Source: an uncultured Actinomycetota bacterium | GTDB taxonomy: Bacteria > Actinomycetota > Actinomycetes > UBA12327 | Length of the DNA stretch: 64,000 nt | Reading direction: 5' to 3' | NCBI GenBank assembly: GCA_963850215.1 | Contig: CAWKKI010000011.1 | Coordinates: 219,776-283,775, forward strand | Part shown: positions 43,607 to 51,437 of the stretch, piece by piece | Numbering within the stretch: position 1 is the first letter of the stretch | How the letters are laid out: each line of letters starts with the position of its first letter | Notes under the pieces: generated by a model | Told to the model about the DNA's origin: nothing | Databases searched by the model: none | The model's input: the letters and a program-made list of their open reading frames with translations, nothing else | Position numbers and translations under genes: made by a program

Positions 43607-45267
43607 CGCGACGACGCGCCGTCCGTGACCTGTCTAGTGAGCAGTGCCTTCATGTCCTCGGCGGCCTGTGCTCCGACGATCCGGTCGAGGAAACCCCAGA
43701 CCGGGTTGGTCCGTGGCGAGAACATCGCCGCACGATTGCGCCGGTCACGCTCCGCTAGGTCCTGCCACTTGGCATCGTTCGCGGCCGCTACCGGCAGCCC
43801 GCTGACAACGAGATGGATCCACTGGTCCAGGTACGCGTCGACGACGCCCGACAGCGACTTCAGTTCGTTGGGCATCACAATCGCAGCGACCATCCACGGC
43901 GATCGAACCGACCACTGCAGCGGACCCAAGGACGGGACCGGCATCACGCCCGGCTGGGCGAGTGCTTCGGCCCGCACCTCGGTGATCGGTCCGTAGACGG
44001 TCTCGGCGTAGTCAAGGCTGGCACCAAGGTCGATGCGGGGAACCAGGTCGAGGCCGAAATGAAATGTCCCGTCGGTATTCGGTGAGATCGCGGTGTCGAG
44101 GAAGAGATGGGGGATCGCGCTGGACGTCGGTGTGAACGCGTACACCTGATGGGTGTCCATGCCGAAGTCGTCGATCGAGAGCGCGCTGTAGACGACGCGC
44201 ACACCGTCATCGCGGGTGAAGACCCTGAACTCGCCGATGCGTCGACCCTCAAGGGGGCCACCTGCGCCCGTCAGCGGAAGCGCAGCGTCACCGTCGGGAC
44301 CGGGTACCTCGACCAGACCCAGAGACTTCGTGATTCGTGCCAGCGCGGAGGTCACGATCTCTCGGCCGGTGCGGTCGATCTCGGTCAACGCGCTGGGTGG
44401 CGCGGTGTCGCCGGGCACGGGCATCGTCTCGGCCTGTGTGTGGGTCAGGCGAAACCCCGTGCTCAAGAGCGCATCCACGGAAACAGGCTTCGACGGGGCC
44501 TTGAGCTCGTTGCGGTAGGTCAGGGGAGGAAGCCCGTCGAGCTCACAGAGCGCGTCGAAGTACGGCTGCATGGCCGGCGGAATCTCTTCATGGGTCAGGT
44601 TGTAGGTGCCCACCACCCGACGATCGATGGCGAACTTGACCGCGTCGACGACATCGAGCATGTGCACCCGGTAGAAGAGGGCATCTTCGAAGAACGGAAC
44701 CGAGCCGCCCAGCACTTGGTGGGCCATCCGCAGCTTATCCATGATCGGCGGGTCATCGCCTCCGGTGACGTCGGCGAGGCGCAGCACCGCGAGCCGGTCC
44801 TCGGCGGCGGCCCGGTAGGCCCGTTCGGCGGCCTGGAACATCGCTGGACTCGGGTCGTCGTCGGTCGTCAGCGGTGACGACTCGTCGATGACGTCGAGGT
44901 GGTTCGCCGCGTCGCCGTAGACCGACAGTGACGACAACATCACGAGGTAAGGCTCGCCCGGCACGCTCGATACCGACTCCGCGGTGTCCAGCAGAACCTG
45001 GCGGTAGGTGCGCTGCCGCTGCTCAATCGTCATCGCCTGCGCCGCTGCGGGCCCGGCTGCGACGACGATCGCATCCGCACCCAACGCTGCCTGGTGGACC
45101 TTCTCGGTCTCCGACCCCGTGAGTACGGCGACCTCGTCGCACACATCGCGCAGCAACTCGACCTTCCCAGGCGTGGTCGTCGTGCCCACGACGACATGGC
45201 CCTCGGCCCGGAGCTGCCTCGCCAGTTCCTTTCCGACCAGACCGCATCCGACGATGAGTACGCGCAT
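43603..45267 (-). CDS. NAD(P)-binding Rossmann (SDR/epimerase-like) domain fused to a ferredoxin-dependent-bilin-reductase-like (FDBR/RCCR-like) domain
   Basis: 554 aa with N-terminus MRVLIVGCGLVGKELARQL. The C-terminal ~260 aa carry MDTHQVYAFTPTSSAIPHLFLDTAISPNTDGTFHFGLDLVP and RDRRNRAAMFSPRTNPVWGFLDRIVG. These resemble the PcyA-type core and C-terminal helices. A 4-nt overlap with the downstream gene is present. Confidence 0.75.
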   Translation of the reverse strand: MRVLIVGCGLVGKELARQLRAEGHVVVGTTTTPGKVELLRDVCDEVAVLTGSETEKVHQAALGADAIVVAAGPAAAQAMTIEQRQRTYRQVLLDTAESVSSVPGEPYLVMLSSLSVYGDAANHLDVIDESSPLTTDDDPSPAMFQAAERAYRAAAEDRLAVLRLADVTGGDDPPIMDKLRMAHQVLGGSVPFFEDALFYRVHMLDVVDAVKFAIDRRVVGTYNLTHEEIPPAMQPYFDALCELDGLPPLTYRNELKAPSKPVSVDALLSTGFRLTHTQAETMPVPGDTAPPSALTEIDRTGREIVTSALARITKSLGLVEVPGPDGDAALPLTGAGGPLEGRRIGEFRVFTRDDGVRVVYSALSIDDFGMDTHQVYAFTPTSSAIPHLFLDTAISPNTDGTFHFGLDLVPRIDLGASLDYAETVYGPITEVRAEALAQPGVMPVPSLGPLQWSVRSPWMVAAIVMPNELKSLSGVVDAYLDQWIHLVVSGLPVAAANDAKWQDLAERDRRNRAAMFSPRTNPVWGFLDRIVGAQAAEDMKALLTRQVTDGASSR

Positions 45268-45312
45268 GTCACACTCCTGAGAACGAGAGGGATAACGATA
45301 TGGTCAAGGGTT

Positions 45313-45792
45313 ATGACCACTTTCGTCAAGGGGCCTGACCAGTCAGCGGCGGCGGCAGAGCGGGAGATGCTCGCGCTGCCTGATCATCTGCTTCGTTGGC
45401 TTGAGGCTGCACAACGACGTGTCGCGGGCGAGCTAGACGCCGCTTCAGACGAGATTCTTCGGCGGGTTCCTCAGCGACGGTTGCGCATCCTTCAGCTCGT
45501 GCCGCCCGAGGGAGCGCGCCAGAAGGACCTCGCCGAACGGGCGCTCGTGACGAAGCAGGCCATCGCCGAACTCGTCGATGCGCTGGAGTCCGACGGCCTG
45601 GTCGGCCGCACCCCGGACCCGCAGGACGGCCGCGCATGGGTGGTCACGAGGTCCGCTCGCGGGCGGCGTGTGAGCGAGAGCCTGGACGCAGCGATGAGAA
45701 TCGTTGAAGGCGATCTGGCGCGCTCCATCGGCGCCGAGCGGTACAGGGCATTCAAGGAGGTTCTCCGGCAGATCGGCGAAGGTCAGATCTGA
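45313..45792 (+). CDS. MarR-family transcriptional regulator (divergent from the FDBR-like operon)
   Basis: ORF 45094..45792 was trimmed to ATG 45313. The winged-helix block is QKDLAERALVTKQAIAELVDALESDGLVGRTPDPQDGRA. The inverted repeat ATAAC-N13-GTTAT spans 45292-45314. Confidence 0.85.
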   Translation: MTTFVKGPDQSAAAAEREMLALPDHLLRWLEAAQRRVAGELDAASDEILRRVPQRRLRILQLVPPEGARQKDLAERALVTKQAIAELVDALESDGLVGRTPDPQDGRAWVVTRSARGRRVSESLDAAMRIVEGDLARSIGAERYRAFKEVLRQIGEGQI

Positions 45793-45884
45793 CTGCGCTC
45801 TCTCTCCCGGGGGGTCGTGGGGCCCTGTCATCTCGGGTCCTTCGCATCTGCTGGGGCTGGCGCCGCCGTCGCAGAGTTTGTCTC

Positions 45885-46349
45885 GTGACGACGTCGGAGA
45901 ATTTGAATGCCACCATCCTTGACCAGAGCCGATGCATGTCGCTGCTGCGCTCGGTCGACGTCGGTCATCTTGCGGTTATCGTCGAGGACGCTCCGGAGAT
46001 CTTCCCGATCAACTACGTGGTAGATGGCGCAACCATCGTCTTTCGGACTGCGACAGGGACGAAGTTGGCTGCAATCGTCGAAGGCTCGAAGGTCGCGTTC
46101 GAAGTTGATGGACGTGACGAGGCCGGGATGGTGTGGAGCGTGGTCGTGAAAGGCAGTGGCCGCGCGGTCAACCACATAGACGACGTGATGGAGACGCTCG
46201 GACTGCCGCTCTACCCCTGGAATGCGTCGCCGAAGCCGATCTTCGTCCGCATCATCCCCGCCGCGATTAGCGGGAGAGAGTTTGCCCTCGCCGATCCCTC
46301 GACTTGGGCATCAAGGTTCGACGTGAACCGTCGGGCGGCTTCCGAATAA
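45885..46349 (+). CDS. Pyridoxamine 5'-phosphate oxidase family (Pyridox_ox_2) protein
   Basis: It carries LLRSVDVGHLAVIVEDAPEIFPINYVVDGATIVFRTATGTK and WSVVVKGSGRAV. Confidence 0.8.
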   Translation: MTTSENLNATILDQSRCMSLLRSVDVGHLAVIVEDAPEIFPINYVVDGATIVFRTATGTKLAAIVEGSKVAFEVDGRDEAGMVWSVVVKGSGRAVNHIDDVMETLGLPLYPWNASPKPIFVRIIPAAISGREFALADPSTWASRFDVNRRAASE

Positions 46350-46356
46350 TAGGCCG

Positions 46357-46392
46357 CCCGCTCTGCTCGCCCCTCCCGCTCTGCTCGCCCCT
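46357..46392 (+). repeat. Perfect 18-bp tandem duplication (CCCGCTCTGCTCGCCCCT x2)
   Basis: The copies at 46357-46374 and 46375-46392 are identical. They lie in the convergent intergenic region. Confidence 0.9.
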
Positions 46393-46513
46393 GAGGTGTC
46401 GCTGAACCGAACTCGGCGACCTTGGTCGCGCCGCTGGTTCGAGACCAGTTGGCGCACCGCATTGGGCTCCCAGACATGGTCGAAGTCCGTCTAGCGAGTT
46501 GCGACCTGACAAC

Positions 46514-47533
46514 TCACTTCGCCCCCGGGGGCGAACCTGCTTTGCCGTTCTCCCGGTAGTAATCCCGCCAGATGAGCCGATGGACGGGGACCCACCGCGG
46601 TATCGAACGCAGGCCCGGGATGAACGGGAGCAGTAGGAGCACCAGCGTCAGCAGCGCCATGATGTAGAAGATGATCGCGTCGGCATCGCTGGTCAGCGTG
46701 GCGCTGAATCCCGTTGAGCCATCGGCGGCATTGAAGACCGGCAGTTGGTACCAGGTTGAGTACCCCCAAAGCCAGGCTTGCCCCGGCCAACTCCCGGTCT
46801 CGTTCATCATTCCCCAGGTGTTGCCCTGGAGGTTCGCGGCCGTAGCCGCGTCGTCGAGATAGGAACCGTCGCCCATGAACAGGATCTGCCGCGTGTAGTC
46901 GGTCTGGTAGAAGCCGCCGTTGGCCATGAGGATGCCGTCGTAGGAACCAGAACGCGCCATCGCGGTGAGACCGCTCGCGAGTGCGGGAACGGGACCGTAG
47001 TTGCCGGGTGCGACCTTGGTGAGGTCGATGTCGCCCGCGCTGTCGGCCGTTGCGGCGATTGCGTCCGAGTATGCGCTCGCCCATGCGATGCCTTGCTCGG
47101 ATGAGGCGCTTTGCCACCGCGCCAGCGCCGCCGTCACAGAAGCCGGCTGCTGCTGGGAGGAGAGCGGCTTGATGACGAAGTCGTTGGCCGAGTCGACCGG
47201 GATCCGGACGCCCATCCATTTCTGGGGATTCAGTCCCGCAACCGAGATGCCGTCGCTGTTGGAGTTGTAGGGCGGACCGTACGACGCCGAGTCGGATGTG
47301 CCGGCGAGCTCAGTCACGGTCGTCGCGTAGAAGTCGTTCGGCGCCGTTGTTGCCCAGCCTTTGAAGGTGAGCGGCGGATCGTCCGGCGAACTGAAGACCG
47401 CGGCGAGCACGACGGTGAGCATGCCCACGACGACGAGCGCGATCACGCCCTCCTTGACGATGTCGTATCGACGCCAGGGACCCTGCCACGGGCCTGAGTC
47501 AACGTCGTGCGAACGTGCGGTCCGGGCCGTCAT
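46514..47533 (-). CDS. Hypothetical bitopic membrane protein with a large extracytoplasmic domain, coupled to cytochrome b
   Basis: 339 aa. It has an N-terminal TM helix (VIALVVVGMLTVVLAAVF) and a C-terminal TM helix (IIFYIMALLTLVLLLLPFIPGL). Its start ATG 47533 overlaps the stop of the upstream cytochrome b gene (ATGA at 47530-47533). No family was recognised. Confidence 0.65.
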   Translation of the reverse strand: MTARTARSHDVDSGPWQGPWRRYDIVKEGVIALVVVGMLTVVLAAVFSSPDDPPLTFKGWATTAPNDFYATTVTELAGTSDSASYGPPYNSNSDGISVAGLNPQKWMGVRIPVDSANDFVIKPLSSQQQPASVTAALARWQSASSEQGIAWASAYSDAIAATADSAGDIDLTKVAPGNYGPVPALASGLTAMARSGSYDGILMANGGFYQTDYTRQILFMGDGSYLDDAATAANLQGNTWGMMNETGSWPGQAWLWGYSTWYQLPVFNAADGSTGFSATLTSDADAIIFYIMALLTLVLLLLPFIPGLRSIPRWVPVHRLIWRDYYRENGKAGSPPGAK

Positions 47534-48207
47534 GACGACTCCTCAACCTTCTCCGTGCCCCGCCTTGGTCCGGAGTCGATGGGCGGCACCACACCGTGCT
47601 TACGCACGAGCAAGATGTGCGCCACGACGATCCCGCCGACGACTAGCGGCAGCAAGAAGACGTGAACGAGCAGCATCTGACCCAGATTGGCCACGTTGAA
47701 CCAGGCTCCGATCCCGACGGCATTCAGGCCGTCCTTGGCCTCGAACGAGATCCACTGCGAGTCGAAGTTGGTCTGCGTGAGGTAGCCAGTGAATGCGGCT
47801 GCGAGGGACACCATGAACGCGATGACGCCCGTGATCCAGGTCATTGCACGGTGACCGCGCCACGCGGCCATCCAGAACTTCCCCCACAGGTGAACGACCA
47901 TGAATATGAAGAACAGTTGCACGCTCCAAAAGTGCAGGCTGTTGAAAAAGTGGCCGGTCGATGACGTGTGGTACCACGACGGCCCTTCGAAAGTGAGCAC
48001 GACGCCCGAGGCAATGATCATGAGGAGCGCAGCAATGGTGAGCACACCGAAGACGTAAATCCACGACGACACGTATGCGGGTTGGCGATCGGGCAGCAAC
48101 TTGTCCGGCGGCAACGTCGCCATCCACCGGCGGCGGAGCCCCCCCGTCCACGAGCGGTCCGCGGCCTCGGAGTGGTCCGTGGGTGGCACTGGCACCGTCG
48201 CAGTCAC
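47530..48207 (-). CDS. Cytochrome b N-terminal-domain (b6-like, four-helix, di-haem) protein
   Basis: ORF 47530..48567 was trimmed to GTG 48207, with GGAGGAGG upstream. The His pairs are LHFWSVQLFFIFMVVH and HVFLLPLVVGGIVVAH. Confidence 0.85.
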   Translation of the reverse strand: MTATVPVPPTDHSEAADRSWTGGLRRRWMATLPPDKLLPDRQPAYVSSWIYVFGVLTIAALLMIIASGVVLTFEGPSWYHTSSTGHFFNSLHFWSVQLFFIFMVVHLWGKFWMAAWRGHRAMTWITGVIAFMVSLAAAFTGYLTQTNFDSQWISFEAKDGLNAVGIGAWFNVANLGQMLLVHVFLLPLVVGGIVVAHILLVRKHGVVPPIDSGPRRGTEKVEESS

Positions 48208-48680
48208 GCCCCCTCCTCCTCGTCGTGTTCGCCTTTGGGGAAGGGAAGAACGAGCGCTAGCGCGAACAGAACCACCATGATTGTGATGACGACGAGGTTC
48301 GGGACCGAGATTGCGACCCAACCCCGCGAGATGTAGTCGGGCAGTGTGATCGAGCAGCCCTGATGCGACGAGGTTGGGCATGTACGCCTCCCGTGGACGA
48401 GCGCGACGACATACGCGTGACCGAGTCTTCGCGCCCGTCAGTCGGACCGCACGGGCCCTTCGACCTGTCCTGTCCGGGACCTTTCCTGACACGAACCCGG
48501 GCCGTGCCGGGCCTTGCAGTGCATGGCACGCCCTCGTCGGGAGGATCGCTGAGGAGCACACGCGCACAGGCGAGACACGAAAACCGGTCGCGAGCCGACC
48601 GATGACCCTGATCGCCCCGATGAGGGGGCAACTAGGGCAGTCGATCTGAGGTCAACGCTCTGACCTGCATAGAAACTCGG

Positions 48681-48754
48681 GGTGAGTGACGGGACTTGAA
48701 CCCGCGACCCCCTGGACCACAACCAGGTGCTCTACCAGCTGAGCTACACCCACC
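48681..48754 (-). tRNA. tRNA-His (anticodon GUG) with encoded G-1
   Basis: The reverse complement is G GTGGGTG TAGCTCAGCTGGTAGAGCACCTGGTTGTGGTCCAGGGGGTCGCGGGTTCAAGTCCCGTCACTCACC. Confidence 0.95.
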
Positions 48755-48838
48755 ATGTTCGCTGTCGGTCTCCTCGGCGACCCTCAGCGAACGTGCCGCC
48801 GGACGCGCCGACGGCGACGCAGAGTCTATCGGTGCGTT

Positions 48839-49444
48839 TCAGCCTGCCCTGTCCGGCGCGATCTGCGCCGCGATCGCCCGTGCCGCGTCGGAGTCTGGTC
48901 CGGGCGGAGCCACGAACATGGCGGCCCGGTAGTAGCGCAGCTCCTCGATGCTCTCCCGGATATCGGCGAGCGCGCGGTGGTTGCCGCGCTTCTCCGGGCT
49001 GGCGAAGTAGATCCGCGGATACCACCGGCGGGCCAGCTCCTTGATCGAGGAGACGTCGATCATCCGGTAGTGCAGGTGCGCGTCGAGCTCCTTCATGTCT
49101 CGCGCCAGGAACCCTCGGTCAGTGGCGATCGAGTTGCCGGCCAGTGGCGCCTTGCCTGCGTCCGGCACGAACTTGGTCAGGTAGGCCATGACCTTCGCCT
49201 CGGCATCCTCGAGCGTGAGTCCGTCGGCGAGCTCGTCGAGCAGGCCCGAGGACGTGTGCATGTCGCGCACAAACGGGTCCATCTGCTCAAGCGATTCCGC
49301 TGGCGGCGCGATGACGAGATCGATCCCATCGTCGAGGATCTCGAGCTCGGCGTCGGTAACCAATACCGCTACTTCGACCAGTGCGTCCCTTTCCAGGTCG
49401 AGCCCGGTCATCTCGCAGTCGATCCAGACGATGCGGTCGTTCAT
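48839..49444 (-). CDS. orn: Oligoribonuclease
   Basis: 201 aa. It carries IVWIDCEMTGLD (DEDDh exonuclease) and HRALADIRESIEELRYY. Confidence 0.95.
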   Translation of the reverse strand: MNDRIVWIDCEMTGLDLERDALVEVAVLVTDAELEILDDGIDLVIAPPAESLEQMDPFVRDMHTSSGLLDELADGLTLEDAEAKVMAYLTKFVPDAGKAPLAGNSIATDRGFLARDMKELDAHLHYRMIDVSSIKELARRWYPRIYFASPEKRGNHRALADIRESIEELRYYRAAMFVAPPGPDSDAARAIAAQIAPDRAG

Positions 49445-49489
49445 GCGGGTCAGCCTAGGTCCGGACGCGAGCGCAGCGGCGGACGCCGC

Positions 49490-51010
49490 TCACACCTCGA
49501 ATGCCAAGGCCTCCTCCGTGCGCTCCTCCAGGTCTCGTTGAACCGCACGACCCGTGCTCCTCGGGATCATCAAGGCGGCCAGAGCGCCGCAGAGCGGGAA
49601 CAGCACCGTGATGAGGAACGCGCGCGCGTACCCGCTGGTCAATGACTCAGCCACCAGGCTCGATGCACCGCCTGCCGAGCCCACGTGACCACGTGCGTAG
49701 GCCAGCGTCGCGGTGGTCGCAATCGTGACGAGAGCAGCCAGGCCAACGGCGGCGCCTATCTGTCGCGACGAGTTGATGAGGCCCGAGGCGAGACCGGCGT
49801 CGTCGCTAGGCACGCCCGCCGTGGCCGCGATCGTCAGAGGCACGAAGGACATTCCGATTCCGAGTGACACCAGCAGCATGCCGGGCAGTACGTGCTGCCA
49901 ATAGGTTCCGTCGGCAGGGATCCGGGACATCAGTGTCATTCCGCACGCAGCTATGAGCATCCCCGAGACGAGCAGCGTGCGAGCTCCGACCTTCGCCAGC
50001 ATCCGCGTGCTGAAAATCGTGCCCGTGATGATCGCGAGGCTCCCGGGCAAGAAAGTGAACCCGGCCTTCAACGGGCTGTACCCAAGCACATGCTGTTCGT
50101 AGAGCGAACTGAAGTAGAACAGCGAGAACATCGACCCGCCCAGGAACATCGCAATCACGTTGGCCGCACTGAGCGCCTTGAGTTTGAAGATGCGCAACGG
50201 CACGAGCGGTTGCGACGACCTTGCCTCGATCACGACGAACGCGACCAACAGAACCAGCGCGATGAGCAACGTGCTGAGCGTCTGGCCAGATCCCCACGGG
50301 TGGGTGTCGGTGTTGACAATCGCGTAGACGAGCGCCGTGAGCCCCAAGGTCACTGTCAACGTGCCAGGAACGTCCAGGCTCGAGAAGCCGTGGATGGCCC
50401 CCTTCGACTCGCGCAACACGTACACGGCGCCTATGAACAGCAGAATGCCGATGGGCACGTTGACGAACAACACCCATCGCCACGTGAAGTAGTTGGTGAG
50501 GATGCCGCCCAGCAGCGATCCAAACGCGCCGCCGCTTGCGGCCGTCGCGCTCCAGAAACCCAGCGCGCGCGAGCGAGCCTTCGGCTCCCTGAAGGTGATG
50601 ACGAGCAACGTGAGGGTCGTCGGAGCCAGGATCGCCCCGCCGAGCCCCTGCAGTGCACGCGCCCCGATGAGTTGCGCTCCGTTCTGCGCGAAACCGCCGA
50701 CAAGACTCGCCGCGGTGAACATCGTCAGGCCGATCAGGAAGACCCGCTTGCGCCCGAACAGGTCGGCCGCTCGCCCACCAAAAAGCAAGAAGCCCGCGAA
50801 GGTCAATGTGTACGCGTTGATGACCCACGCAAGGCTGTTCGCCGAGAGGTGCAACGAGGTTTGGATCGACGGCAACGCGACATTCACGATCGTGATGTCG
50901 AGAACGACCATGAACTGGGCAAGGCAGGCGATGAGCAGGACAGCCCAAGCCGGACCGTGCGACGTAGCTCTGGCGGGGGTCGTTGGGGAAACTGATGCTT
51001 GAGAACTCAC
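49490..51010 (-). CDS. MFS transporter, DHA2 family
   Basis: 506 aa. It carries FMVVLDITIVNVALPSI and GRAADLFGRKR, with about 14 helices. Confidence 0.85.
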   Translation of the reverse strand: MSSQASVSPTTPARATSHGPAWAVLLIACLAQFMVVLDITIVNVALPSIQTSLHLSANSLAWVINAYTLTFAGFLLFGGRAADLFGRKRVFLIGLTMFTAASLVGGFAQNGAQLIGARALQGLGGAILAPTTLTLLVITFREPKARSRALGFWSATAASGGAFGSLLGGILTNYFTWRWVLFVNVPIGILLFIGAVYVLRESKGAIHGFSSLDVPGTLTVTLGLTALVYAIVNTDTHPWGSGQTLSTLLIALVLLVAFVVIEARSSQPLVPLRIFKLKALSAANVIAMFLGGSMFSLFYFSSLYEQHVLGYSPLKAGFTFLPGSLAIITGTIFSTRMLAKVGARTLLVSGMLIAACGMTLMSRIPADGTYWQHVLPGMLLVSLGIGMSFVPLTIAATAGVPSDDAGLASGLINSSRQIGAAVGLAALVTIATTATLAYARGHVGSAGGASSLVAESLTSGYARAFLITVLFPLCGALAALMIPRSTGRAVQRDLEERTEEALAFEV

Positions 51011-51078
51011 ATAAGCGAGTTTAGTGCTGGCTCTGACAACCGGATGAAGGTCCGGTTATCGTCAACGTGGACAAAACG

Positions 51079-51151
51079 TGCGCCCGGCAGGAATCGAACC
51101 TGCGACCAAGTGCTTAGAAGGCACCTGCTCTATCCCCTGAGCTACGGGCGC
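51079..51151 (-). tRNA. tRNA-Arg (anticodon UCU)
   Basis: The reverse complement is GCGCCCGTAGCTCAGGGGATAGAGCAGGTGCCTTCTAAGCACTTGGTCGCAGGTTCGATTCCTGCCGGGCGCA. The anticodon loop is CU-UCU-AA. Confidence 0.95.
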
Positions 51152-51235
51152 GGAGACGTGACAGTTTCATGGTCCCAGGCCTGGGTTGTCACCCGGCGTC
51201 GTGACCTGGCCGGTATCGGGTGCCGAGTCGGTGGC

Positions 51236-51403
51236 CTAGTCGGTCGAGAGATTGGCTGCAACGACCTCTGTGGCCAGTTTCGGTAAGGATTTTGTAAGGG
51301 TTGCGAGTCGCCCCATCCGCCGTGCGACGACGATGATGTCGTAGCAGTCGTGGGCGAGGCGTTCTGCGAAGGCCATGCCATTTCCAGCTTCGGCGCCGGT
51401 TAC
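51236..51403 (-). pseudogene. Remnant of a short-chain dehydrogenase (N-terminal ~55 codons only)
   Basis: The translation VTGAEAGNGMAFAERLAHDCYDIIVVARRMGRLATLTKSLPKLATEVVAANLSTD then stops. It matches the SDR TGxxxGxG + beta2/alpha3 + ADLSD N-terminal pattern. There is no start codon and no remaining part of the gene. Confidence 0.4.
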
Positions 51404-51437
51404 GGGCGCATAGTGAGGTCGACGAGGAGGTGCGCCC

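Noticed and set aside
49806-50995. 380-aa minus and 367-aa plus ORFs overlapping the MFS transporter 49490..51010. The same applies to 54432..55556 opposite ettA, 30917..31924, 27162..27746 and 37730..38629.
   Set aside because: All overlap genes with strong family signatures and have Arg/His/Asp-rich unstructured translations. They are high-GC shadow ORFs.
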